Assembly (NCBI RefSeq): GCF_009914755.1
Contig: NC_060932.1
Reading direction: 5' to 3' (one strand)
Length of the DNA stretch: 64,000 bases
From: the human T2T-CHM13v2.0 reference genome, Homo sapiens
Below, one piece after another: positions 1-14,670 of this stretch (position 1 is its first letter; each line of letters opens with the position of its first letter). A program made the position numbers and the translations under genes. Below the pieces are notes generated by a model. It was not told the origin of the DNA, did no database searches, and saw only the letters and a program-made list of their open reading frames with translations.

Positions 1-176
1 AGGAAATGGGACATGTCAAAGACAAGAGACCTGTGTTCTAGACTCCCTCCTCCACTTCAGAGCAAGGAAAGCTTAAATCTCTTGTTTTCTTAACTGGAGA
101 TACTACTGTTCCTACTTAAAAGGCAACAGGCTTGCAAAACGCAGTTGCATGAAGGCCCCTTAAAATCCTGAGAGGG

Positions 177-492
<316 letters not shown>

Positions 493-527
493 ACTCCTGA
501 GAGGGAGACATTATTTATTATAAGCAT

Positions 528-770
528 ATTGTTCAAGAGCATGGATCTTGATGCTATGAGTCAGGTAAGGGAGGGGTACAATCTAAGTTCCTCCTCTTGT
601 TAGCTGTGTGTTAAGCTAATTCTATAACTTCTCTGAACATAAGGGTCTTCATATGAAAAAACAGAATAAAATGCCCTTAAGGATGCTTTGGAGATTAATT
701 TAAATAAGATAATGTCTTTTTAACATATACCTTGGTTCTTGGCACATTAAATGTTTGTTGTTAGTAGTAT
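528..770 (+). mobile_element. MIR SINE (degenerate)
   Basis: tagctgtgtg...aacttctctgaac...ggagattaa...aagataatg...ggcaca similarity to MIR. Confidence 0.6.
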
Positions 771-1913
771 TAGATAATAAAATCTAATAAGACTTTTTTT
801 ATGTTATTGTTTGTCCACAGCATTCCATTCACGTGTGGAAAAATAGTTCTGCTTCTGTGTTTATTCTCACCTTGTAATATGTTGTTGAAGTGAGGTCATG
901 TTGAAATTTTCACTTATTCTTCTCTCTTCCTACAATAATTTGGTCAAACTGTTTACCTATCCTACTTAGCCTGTAATAGCTCATCCTATTCCAGTCAGAG
1001 CTAATGCATTCTTTCTGAATGATCATGATCTCTCTCAGTTTTAGGAGTGTAGCTACCGTTGAACTCATGTTTTCTCAGTGACAAAGCCATTTACTTTCAT
1101 TGTAAAACAATGAAGAATGTGAACAACTTGATTTTGTCATTGCAAGTGCTCTGTACCAGTCAAGGTGGAACGTCTAGAATCAATATGACTAATGGATCCC
1201 AGCTCCTAGTGATAGAGTCAGCAAAAAGGATAAATTATCACTGCCTCTCTGTCTCTCGGATGGTAATTTCTTCTCCCTGTCCGATCTGATAGCCATCCTT
1301 GAGTTCTCTGCCACGGCTATCAGACCATTCCCATACCAAGCCTGGGGAGGACTTGGTCAATACATCCGGTGTGTCAAGCTTTGAGTCATTTTTATGTTTG
1401 TTTGTTCCCCTTATTACTTTCTTTGGCTGAGTAAAATCTCTATTACTTTGGGCTCAGGAACGGAAAATGTGCTATGAACACCCGCGGCGTACATTTTATT
1501 TTATTTTTATTATTTTTTGTGATGACTTCATTATTCCCTGTTGCCAAAGTTTTTGCCAAAATTGTTTTTCTCCCTTCCTCTCTTTTCAGCATCCTCTTTT
1601 CTGGCATCTCTGTTTATTTATTGCAGCCGCACAGAAGACGACCTTGCCATTGCATGGCCTCTCTCCCTCGGGGCCGCGAGTGGCTCCCAGATTTCTGGGT
1701 TTCATGAGCCAGTAAAAAGTCCCCTCTTCCCCTTCCCTAAGAAAAGGGATTAGACAAGTGTTGCCAACTTTTAATATTTTTTTCAGGGAAGGATTTTAAT
1801 ATAGAATAACAGCCATTTTTTAATAACCATTTTTTCATTTAGAAGCAGGCATTTAACAACATGCCATCTGATTTACACATTTTTAAATAAATTTGATTTT
1901 ATAAAAATTTCAT

Positions 1914-2244
<331 letters not shown>

Positions 2245-2604
2245 CTAAAAAAGTCATCACAGATCACGCATGTTGTGAATGAATGATGTATGGCATTGAT
2301 TTTAAAGATTAGTCATCTTCACTCACATAACACTAATGGATTACAGATGAGAAGAGTGCTGTATGGCGTATATAGTGGAAGCCACAATCTCTTTAGTTCT
2401 TTAATCAATACCTATGCAATCTTCTAATTTTTAAGAATATCTTTCCGCACAGTTAGTGTGTTTGCAGTGATAAACACCAGTGTTGCACAGGTGAAGATGA
2501 CTGGTGTTTAAAAATTGATGTTGTTTATCCTTTATTCCCAACATGCATGACCTCTGATGATTATTTTATAATAGTCCCGTATTCGTCTTGCACATTCATG
2601 CACA

Positions 2605-2805
2605 AAAGGCCTGAGCTTTGGAATCAACAGAAAAGAATCCAAACCCTACTTCTGACAATCGTTGACCGAGTGGTCTCAGACAAGTTCTGCCTTACAAGCT
2701 GATATCCTTATTTACAGAAATTAAATAATAATGTCCATACCTCTGTCTTGTCCTAAGATTTAAATGATAGGTCTTTAAGAATGAGTGGCATACTACTTGA
2801 CACAT
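2605..2805 (+). mobile_element. MIR SINE (degenerate)
   Basis: gctttggaatca...caagtt...aagatttaaatga...gacaca MIR pattern. Confidence 0.55.
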
Positions 2806-5761
2806 CATTTTAAGGGATACAGACACCTTTTCATGTTCCTTTCCACTTAACTACAGTTTCATTTTTTAAGGGGAAACTTAACCGGGGGCGTCTTACAACC
2901 ATCCACAGCATCTCTCTAAATTAACAAATTGCTGTGCTTCTTCCCTCTCCACAGTCAGCCAGCTGCAGTGAGTCACATTTCACATATATATGTGACTACA
3001 TAAACCTACTTGTTAATTCTTTAAAATAGGGCCTTTTCAATTACGGGAATGTTAATTATTATTAATCATCCCTTAATTATTGTAATCTGCTTCATGCTTA
3101 TTTTGAACATGCATATGTGTGTGCATATGTGTGTATGAATCTGAGCCCAGTGGTCTATGAACTTCAGCGACCTGGTAGTCTTTTATCTGTTTTCTAATAT
3201 CACCATTTCGTTTTCAGCCCTGACAGGGCATTCCGTTGTGATGAGCTGTACAGCTGCTTTATTCACAAACATAAACTTCCCTTGATTTTTGAGTGTTCTG
3301 CAGAGGTTGGTACAGTATTATAAAATATCTTTAAAACTCTATCACTTGAAAAAAAATGTTAGAAATGCGCCTTATAGGTGCTCTTTTATCAAATGTTTAA
3401 CACAGGGTTTGGCACTTTAATGGGTTCCCCCTCGATGTTCTGGTGGATATCTACATAAACTCTGATGGTTTATTTACTACTGTAGATTTTAATGGAAATG
3501 TAAAATAATTTCTCTTCTGGGCAGTACTGATTTCATTGCAAACACATCAACAAAATGTGAAATTCACATAAAATGCAAAGTTGCAAGTATCACTAAAGCT
3601 GGGAGAGCCGTTGCTGCATATTTTAGATGGACTAGTGTATTTATGGTTTTTGTACACATACTGTAAAATGTAATGTGGCAGGATTGCTATATTGTAATAA
3701 AACAATGTGCTGCTTGCTGAAGAAAAAAAGGGGATGGTGAATTATTGCAGTCATTGTACCTTGTTTCCCATTACTGAAAATGGAGTATGATTATTAAATG
3801 CGTGCAGTGTGCATTTTACACACTTAGTTATAGATCTTGGTTTTTATGTGTGCCTAGAATATCAATATTTGCTTTACTTTTAAGGAACATTAGTTACAAA
3901 TACAATAAGTGTGCTTCATTTTTCATTGAAGACTTACTGGCTTCAGTTCTCAAGTCAGAGTGTGCAATGTATGTCTCAATGATTATTGATCTAAAAACCC
4001 TGTTGAAAGTAAGCAAGACTGGTTTTGCAATAAGCAAACATTGTTGCTGCTGCTGCTGCTCTCTGAAACCCATGAAGCTGGAGTGAGAAGCAATAAATAA
4101 GAGTTTAATTAAATTGCTCCTTGGCAGATAGCAGGGCTGTCTTTCAGCTTTTGTTTAGAACCCTTGGGGTCTTTTTTCCCTCTTGATGTATGTGTAGCAT
4201 TCTCATTAATGCTAATGGGAGCTCTATGCTGTAAAGGGGCAGCTGACCTCATGTTCCATTGTGTCTGCAAAATACCACATGGATTTCTCTCCCTGGGGCC
4301 ACTCAGACTTTTTTTTTTTTTTTAAAGGTAAGGAAAGGAAATCAGCATCTAAGGAAGTCTCAATATATAAACTCTATATATTATTCTTAACGTACTTTAC
4401 GAGTGCTAAAATCATAGTCAAAATATCCTGGAAACCCATAAAAATATCTATATGTATTTTGTATTTTGTATATGACTTAGTTTCATATTGTAATTATAAC
4501 CAAAAAATTAAAATGCAGCCTCCCTTTGGAATTTAACTCTCTGATTAGCTATATGCATATATGAGATTATAGTGCTTGGTAAACCATGGAAACCATGCTC
4601 CTAGGCTAGAAATGAATGAAAATGATTAATTAGATTCTGTAAGGTGTTGCATTTATAGCAGGGCACACGTAGCCTTCAGCTTATTTGGGTTCAAAGCTGT
4701 CTGCAAGATACGAGTGCTTGAAAATGATTAAAGCAGAGCTAGCAAGGTACAATTTCCACTTGCTGTGTTGCTATTACTTTCCCTAGAGCACAGGCTGGGA
4801 ATATATATCATCCAGGCATCCGCGTGCTCTTGCAAAAGAGATATTTCATTATGTCTTTGTATGAGTTCAAACATTTTCTGGATAATACTATCAAACAAAC
4901 ATACATATACATGTAGGGCCTAGTCTATATATGAAAACACCTTGCTGATACTTTTTTTTTTCTCCCAGGTATCTGGCTTGTTGGTACTGGAGATATATTC
5001 ACTTACTAAAAATCTGTAGACTGGCTCATGTTATTGTCAATGTGAGAAGTAGCTGCTACCCCGAAGCAGAATAGTTTCTTTAACTAGCACTTTGGTGACT
5101 TTTCAGTACTGATAACCTAGTAAATGCTAACTCTTTATTCATAGAAACTAATTCCACCAACACCCATCTACTAAGAAATGGTTAAAAAGGCAACAATTTC
5201 ATTAATTTTGCTAAATTAAGCACAAATGTGAACAAAATGTATTCAGGGATTTTAAACTTAAAACAGGGACAAGTAGGAAAAAGCTTTGCATAGGTTCCAT
5301 TACATTAGCCTCTTCTTGCCTAATTCTTCTTATCAGCTTGAGACACACCCTCTAGAGTAAAATCCAATGACCTTTAAGGTAGAGTTCCAACTTCCGAACA
5401 ATAACGTTCAGACATAATCATCTGGCTTAATTAATCTCGTAATTTCTGACCTAATTTGATTCATCATCCTGCAGTGACAGAGAATCAGGGGAGCTGCAGA
5501 TTCTGAGCACACTCAGGGCATCTTTATTGTATTAATTTGTCACCATTCCTCTCATAGCAGTCATGCAGCCTTTTGCCCTGGTAAATAATTTATAGTATGT
5601 TGGTCTTCTTCTGTCTGAGAATGCAGCCATCTTTACTTAGCAAAATCCAGTCTTTTTGTTTCCATGGAAAATGACCCTAGACTTTTAAATATTCATCATT
5701 ATAAGAAATTCCATGAGCCATTCCCCAGTTGACAGTACTGTTTTTAAAAAGAATAAAACTT

Positions 5762-6053
<292 letters not shown>

Positions 6054-6174
6054 TTCTTCTGTTGTATTTACTCATCTAATGGGTTTAGATTTTTTTTGAT
6101 TGGGGGTGTGGTTGAGGGAACAAGGTGTGCATTAGTCTGTATGTGATGGATAATACCATGTTTCATAGACCTAA

Positions 6175-6678
<504 letters not shown>

Positions 6679-7309
6679 TGACTTTTCTTCCTTTCCTTTT
6701 CTTAGTATTGAAACTTAAAACTTTGCAACTAGTCTGAAATGAATGTTTTCAGAAATGGATTAGGTATTAAATTACTAGGTACCACATAACCCAAGATAAG
6801 TTTTTCAGGTTCAGAAAGAAGGCAGGTTTCTGAAGGGTAAAAAGAAAAGCTTGTTAGCATAGACACTCTGAGCAGTTAGTTTAATGCTTATCATGGTATG
6901 AGACTTACTCTCAGTGATACACTAATTAGAGATTTCCAACAGTGTGGCCCCTTCTAGAAAATTTCTGTGTATCTCATAGAATTAGTGATTGTCAAATCTG
7001 GATAAAATTATAATAATTATATAGGCTTATCCAACCCCCTGATTATACAGATGAGCAAAATCAATCTCAAAATGAAAACAGTCAAATTCCTCTCTGGTGC
7101 TCTTTCCTCTGTGGGTATCTTTGATGCAGAGGAGGGGAGGGGCCCATGGAACAGTTTTATATGCAGAGTTTCTAATTCTTTGCCTTTCTGGTTTGCCATT
7201 ATTCTCTCAAACCCCCAGTACTATTTCAGTAGCAAGCCTTTTTCTCCCCACCTAAATAATGGCAGCAATGTTTTGTGCTTTAAGTCCAAGAGTAGAAAGC
7301 TACTTAAAC

Positions 7310-7525
7310 ACAGACACTTTACTACATTTTAAATTGTTCATAATATCCATCCTGACTGGTGTAAGATGATATCTCAGTGTGGTTTTAATTTGCATTTCTC
7401 TGATGATTAGTGATGTTGAGCATTTTTTCATGTCTTTGTTGGCTGTTTGTATTTCTTCTTTTGAGAAATGTCTGTTCGTGTCCTTTGCCCAGTTTTTAAT
7501 GGGTTTTTTTTTCTTGTTGAGTTGC
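7310..7525 (-). mobile_element. L1 (L1PB/MA-type) ORF2 C-terminal fragment, inverted
   Basis: Minus-strand [57 protein letters not shown] is L1 ORF2p. Confidence 0.9.
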
Positions 7526-7526
7526 A

Positions 7527-7817
7527 TCTCAAGTGAACAAATTCAGCAACAGAAAATCAAATACTGCATTTTCTCAATGTAGTCGCTTGTAAGTAGGAGC
7601 TAAACATAAGGTATTCATGGACATAAAGATGGAAATAATAGACACTAGGACTCCAAAATGGGGGTAGGAGAGGGGAGGGAGTGTTGAAAAATAATCGATT
7701 CGGTGCAGTGTTCAATATTTGGGTGGTGGGTAGATTAAAAGCCCAATCCCCACCATTACACAATATACCCACGTAACAATCATGTACATGGATCCCCCAA
7801 ATCTATAATTTAAAAAA
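7527..7817 (+). mobile_element. L1PB-type ORF2 end and 3' UTR
   Basis: cagaaaatcaaatactgcattttctca...ggagctaaac...atggacataaagatgg...caatatacccacgtaacaa...aaatctataatttaaaaaa. Confidence 0.85.
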
Positions 7818-9099
7818 CATAGATGAATTCCTAAGTCATTCTGTAATTAGAGATATCTTTTAGTTTCACAAAAACAAATACAATTTCTAGAACACATCTT
7901 TAGCTTCTGTGTTATAATGTATTGTCTGTTTTTTACAATCTTAAATTATCCCCCCACCCCAGGTCGTAAAAGTATTGAGATCACTATAAATGAGTTAATG
8001 GTATGAGGCCTAGACCCAAAGTTGTATTGTAACTTACGGGTAACCCTAAGATTTTGTTTCCCCTGCTTTTGCATTTCCCCTTTATATTGAATTATTCATT
8101 TAGAATTCTTCCTTCCCTGGCAGTCTTTTTTATTTTACCTTAATAAAATAATTTCATTGATATTTACGCATGGAAAAGACTTTGTTTGGCAAATCTTTTA
8201 TTGTCTGGACTGAAATTACTTAATCCAATGAAATAAGTTCAATAAATTGCTTCTTCCACAATAGATGAACTCTGGCCTTTTTTATACCGAACTTTACTTC
8301 TTGTAAGAAATGTTATGATGATAGTGGAATTTTGTTGGCAAAGGTTATATTTCAGCAACTTGGGCCATATACAAATACTCTTTTATCCAATGATCTACAA
8401 CTGTTTTCCCTGTTTTCAATTGCTTTTTTATGATTAGTGTATTATCAGGGATTATTAGCCACTCATTTGAATTCTAAGCAGCCCTGATCTCAGAAAATAA
8501 GTCTTAATTCATGGATAGCTAACTATTCCTCTAACATTGCCTGAGTTGTCCAGACTGGCTATACCTGACGTAGAGGAAAATGCAAAGCTAAGGCTGGTTG
8601 GCAACTCAGAAGCAGTGGTGTCCTTTTCTCTCTCCGTGTGATTTCAAGCCAAGAATATTGTGACAGTGAAGTGTGTTTGACCCTGTTCTGGCTCTCTCCA
8701 GGGACCACATTGCAAATTCTTGTCTTGGGTAAATTTCCATGATTTTCTCAAGAATTTTAGGGCCGTACATACCCTCCAATCAAATTTTCCTTGCTCATCT
8801 AGTGATTCGTAAGGCGGGAAAAAGGCTGCTTAAATCTCCCCGCATCTACTTTGGCTAACTGGTTACAATGCTACCAAAGTTATTAATTCAGAGCCAGAAT
8901 AATGTACTGGGGTGGGGGGGAATAGGCCAGAAGTTTGCAAACTTCATCCCTAATTTAAGCCATGCTTCTCCCAAGGGCACAATTTTGGGGCCCCAAGGAT
9001 TCAAGATAGCACTTGGATGTCTCTGAGCACAGTGATCATCATTTGGGAATGAAAGTAGTTTCTCTAGACATTAAGACTAGGTTTTCTCCTTTGTGGAAA

Positions 9100-9578
<479 letters not shown>

Positions 9579-11581
9579 ACTGCTGGGCAGTATCAGTTGT
9601 CCTTTGTTAGAAAGCTGTTGACCCAATTCTCTCAAATCAGTGGATGTCAAGCCTTATTTGTCTTTGTCACCACAGTCCACGTATGGACTTGGGAAATTAG
9701 AGTTTATTGAAGCAGAAAAGGGCCGAAGTTGCTCACTTCTCCAGCAAGTAGTCCGAACAGAGTAGATGAGTAAGGAACTTATTCTGATCTTACTGACAGC
9801 TCTTTTGCAATACATTTTGCTCCCTGGAACTCAGTTTCTTCACCCATAATATAAGGATATTGACCATAAGAATCCTTAGGTGGTCTGTTTTATAGGATTA
9901 CAATATAGGGATTATTGAGAGTAGTTAGAGAGCTTTGGAATCTGCAGAGGTTTGTTCTTGCCCTTTCTTCAAAGCCTGTTTTAACATTACCTTGACTTAC
10001 TTGTCTTATTATTTAATATGGTTCTATATTAGCCAGAACAATTAAGTGTTATGCATCATTTATCCAATACCCAAATGATCAAACAGGTTTCTCACTGGGG
10101 CACATGTAAGCATTTGCCCCGTGCATGCATCTGACATTGTCCACTGTCCAACAGGCTCATCACAAAGCCATGCTGTTCTTCCCCAGCTCAAGCACAGGAA
10201 TCTATTGCATTTCAACAGAGCAAGCCTTCTTGCACTTAAGACCAAGAAGAGGTGAAACCAGTGTCAAATCTGTAGCTCTGCTGTCACTGGATATGCATTC
10301 ATTTGGGGCAGAAAAGTTTCCATTTTTTCTATTTGGAGTGAAATTTGGGCATCTTTGCAACTCATGCTTACTTGTTGAGACATGAGTGAGGAAACTGCAT
10401 TATTTAGAAAATGCATCCTTTAACCCAGCATTGATACCCTGCATAACCTGGAACTGCAAGTCTAGCTACTTTTGTTTTGTGTGTCCTGTGGGATGAAATG
10501 GAAATCTCTTATTTGTAATCACAATGATCACCATGGTTATGGAGGCTGAGGAAGGGGGCCTGGGCCCTTCTGGAGCTTGAGTGTCATTTGACCTCAAGCC
10601 GACCTGATTGTCCTCTGATACAGGTCACTTCTTTTCCAAAGGAATAAAAGAACATTCAACCAGCTGGGGCCTCATCCCTGTGCTGTTGCTGCTGCATGCG
10701 GAGGTAAGAGGAGAAATTGGATTTTCCTCTGAAGAGCACTTCCCTAAACCAGGGCTTACCTTTTTTTCTCTGTCTTGTCCACTGCAGAACAGTGCACATG
10801 GTCAGTCCAATGGCACACTTCCACCTCCCATGTGCCCACACTTGCGGACATTGTGCTCTTCTCAGATGTTACCACTTTACAGGCCAGAGGGGCTCAGGCA
10901 AGGAGAGGAGTCTAGGCTGGCCCACGAGGGTGTGTGGTCTAACCTGTTCCAGTCAGCCATCTCTTTTTCTCAGCTACTGACTACAGTTTCTTTGGAGCCC
11001 CTTTCCTGGTCCAAAACTACTCTTCACCTCCCTTGTTTCTGCAAACAACCTGCCCACAGGTTATCACCTCCTTTGGGCTTTAGCTTTAACAATCAGCTCC
11101 CTCCTACAGAAGAGAAGTCAGTTGTCAGGGACCAACTTGCACTCCAATAGTCTATGTCCCTGGTAATTTCCTCCATGTCAGGTTCATGGGGTCCCCTCTC
11201 TAAGGCTCTCTGCCTCCCCAATAGCACCCCTGACAGTATATAGCCTGCAGCCTTGCCACCTGCAATATTTCAGGGCTCCTTGACATCCTGTGCTCCCTTA
11301 GGATAGGACTTCTTGCGTAAAAGGTTGGTAACACAACTCTACAATGCTTAAGTAAATCAGCAGCATATCTCTACATGCTTGTTCACTTGCTGCCAGGTTA
11401 CAATTTAAATACTCCCTTGGAGGTGTTCCCCTGTGTCTCATCTTTTTCTGATTTACAATGACCTTTTCTAAACCACAGCCAATAATTTTATAACCACACA
11501 ACTTTCCAGTCTAATATTGAGCAATTTCTTTTAGCCTCTTTTTTTATGTGAGATTTTTTTTTAAAAAAATTCCTTTTTTGT

Positions 11582-11850
11582 ACAGGGCACGGTGGCTCAC
11601 ACCTGTAATCCTAACACTTCAGGAGGTCGAGGCGGGAGGATCTCTCAAGACCAGGAATTCAAGACCAACCTGGGCAACATAGTGAGACCTCATCTCTACA
11701 AAAAAAAAAATTTTTTTAAATTAGCAAGACATGGTGGCACATGCCTGTAATCCTAGCTACTTGGGAGGCTGAGGCAAGAGGATTGCTTGAGCCTGGGAGT
11801 TTGAGGTTACAGTGAGCTGTGATTGTACCATTGCACACCAGCTTAGATCG
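11582..11850 (+). mobile_element. AluJ, 3' end and tail missing
   Basis: Alu dimer that loses similarity after ...ttgcacaccagc; no poly(A). Confidence 0.85.
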
Positions 11851-12861
11851 CAGATACAGCTTATAATATTCCTGGTCAGAATGACCAGGTCTGCAGTTTC
11901 CAGGACCTAATACAAACTTCTAGGATCGTGGAGGCTGAAGGAGTGGGCCCAGGCAGGGATGTGGTATCACAGAGCCTGAGCCAGGAATAAGGTGGAAAGT
12001 CACTTACCCAAGAATCCTATCTGTAGAGCTAAGAAAGGAATGCGAAAGATATAATCTTGGCAAGAAGCCGAATCAAAGCCCAGTCATTAGTCCAAACCAT
12101 TCAGCTATTAGAATTTACAGAGAACACAAGCTTTGTAAAACCAAACCAAATAAAAAATACTGGCATTTGATTTTAACTTTATCACTCATTAGCCTGTGTG
12201 ATCTTTAGGTTTCACATCGTAGTCCAGTTAATGTCTATCTCTGTAGGGTGTTGTTAACATTTAAAATCAGGATTATTTGGAAAACGGTTTGTAAACTCCA
12301 AAGTGAGATGAAAACCTTAGGCATTTTGTTTGCATTGCACTCTTAAGCATTTTTCCAGAATCACACAGAATTTCCATTCAGTCAAGGCAAGTAAGCACGG
12401 CACACGCATTTTCCCTGAGAACCAGGTGGCTTGCACATTTTTACTTCTGTGTTAAACTGTAAACTAAACAAGGCAATGCACAAAGGAGTAGCAAAGGTTG
12501 CAGAATAGAAACACTATAGCAAAACACATCCCTACTAATGGGAGTGCTAAAATGAGAATGATTTGCATCCCAAGGTCCTCTGGTTCCAACTAGATAGCTC
12601 CTGTTAGAGCTTTGTGAATTCATTTCCTGGGCTGACAGTGACCTAAATGGATCTATTTGATAGAATTAGGAGCATTTAGAAGAAGCATACTGAATTTCAG
12701 GGTACAGAGAGACAAGTTATTTAGTTTTGAAAGGTTACAAATACTGATGCAGGGGGGAAAAAACAGACAATGGGATGGCACATATTGATTTTCAAGTGCT
12801 TTTTGTGCAATTATAAGGTAAATAAGGAAATAGTTCTTACAGTTGTTTTTCTCCCTCTGGA

Positions 12862-13190
<329 letters not shown>

Positions 13191-14454
13191 TAAAAAGTTA
13201 CACAAATTTGACACTGACTTCTTGGAAGAGTGCACTATTTTTTCTCTCTCTCTATCCTTCAGCACCGTAATATACATCGTGTTTTGGGGAGACTGTATCC
13301 CTTATTCTCTTCTTTCCTTGACTCTCCCTTTCCTCCTCCATGTCAGGTATCTCATTTTGAGTATTTGCACCAAGGCACCTCCTTTGGGGTACAATGATAC
13401 TCCTATGTATTGATACCTCTCTTGCTGTCACTCAGCATCACCCACTATATTCATAGATGACACAGTCTTTTGACTTTGAAAGGGATGCACGTTTTGTCTT
13501 AACCCGTTAAGTGTTTGTCATCTGCTTTTCCTGTCACTTGTCCAAGGTCTACTCACCTATCCAGGAAACCAGCTCTGGCTTTGAAGCAGTTCAGCTCTTA
13601 ATAAGAAGTTGAGCAGAAGTTATAATAACTCATTGCCTTGCCTGCTTGGAAAACATGATAATGCTCCTTCGTTGTAAGAAATCATTTTAACAACACTGAC
13701 TGCTGGCAGTTCATTGATGAAGGCTATGTGAAACCTGCCATAAATAGCACATGCTGCATGTAGTAAAGGGTTCTTCTGTGTGGCATTTATTTATTTGTAA
13801 TTTATACCCTGCCGGCTTTCACAAAAGGACTTGAGCAGGCTAACAATAAAAGACACATATACAATAAGGTTGTTATGTATGTAGAAACTAAAGATCAAAA
13901 ATTGTATGGAAAGGAAAAGGGAAAAGAGTTACGTGTGTAGATTTTCCTTCCTCATCAAGGCAATAGGAGAAGATTATGTTTTCAGCCTTCCCTCTCTCAG
14001 ACTCACTGAGGTGTGCTGAAAAGTGGCATGCACTTCATCCCTCACGGAAACCAAATAAGTAAAATTATGGTGGTCATAGGGGAGGAAACTATTGAGGAAG
14101 AAGGAAGCAGAAATCTCGGGAGATCTTATTTTTGGCTGAGAGGTGGTATAGAAGGAGGGCCATACAATGGCACAACCTCAGAATGATTATATTTTTGCTC
14201 ATCATTAAGAGTTCTGATTATCTGCTGCCGAATTCTATATTGCACATGCTTGTGATTATGCAGGAGGTACTGATTTTCTTCTGCATTCATTTGTATAAAT
14301 CAATTTCATAGAGCAAGGAAAGAAAGCAAACGGGGTCGAATGATGGGTTTTGTACCTACCGGTAATAGTTTCTAGTAACTAAGCATCTGTCATAAAGGAG
14401 ATGGTCAATGGCCTAAAATTAAACAACAAAAGGTTATTTTCTTTTAACTTAGGT

Positions 14455-14670
14455 CAGGTTTTCTCAACCTCAGCATTTCAGGCCTGGTAATTATTTGTCC
14501 CGGAGGCTATCCTGTGAATTATGGGTGTTTGGCAGCATCCCTGAGCTGTACCCACTGGGTGCCTGTAGAACTCCCTGATGCCCCTTTAGTTGTGCCAAAC
14601 TGAAGTTTCTCCAGACATTGCCAAATGTTCCCCTAGCATGGAGATACCATTGCTCCCAGTATAGTTACTG
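14455..14670. mobile_element. MER20 hAT DNA transposon
   Basis: ggttttctcaacctcagca...ggctatcctgtg...gtttggcagcatccctg...tctccagacattgccaaatgttcccc. Confidence 0.85.

Noticed and set aside
4044-4060. (CTG)n as an expandable triplet repeat
   Set aside because: Only about five units.
10755-10806. 13-nt microexon candidate (10788-10800, donor GTCAGT)
   Set aside because: Acceptor is reasonable but the donor is modest and there is no other support.
10608-11150. 180-aa ORF
   Set aside because: Non-ATG start, no domain similarity, no convincing exon structure.
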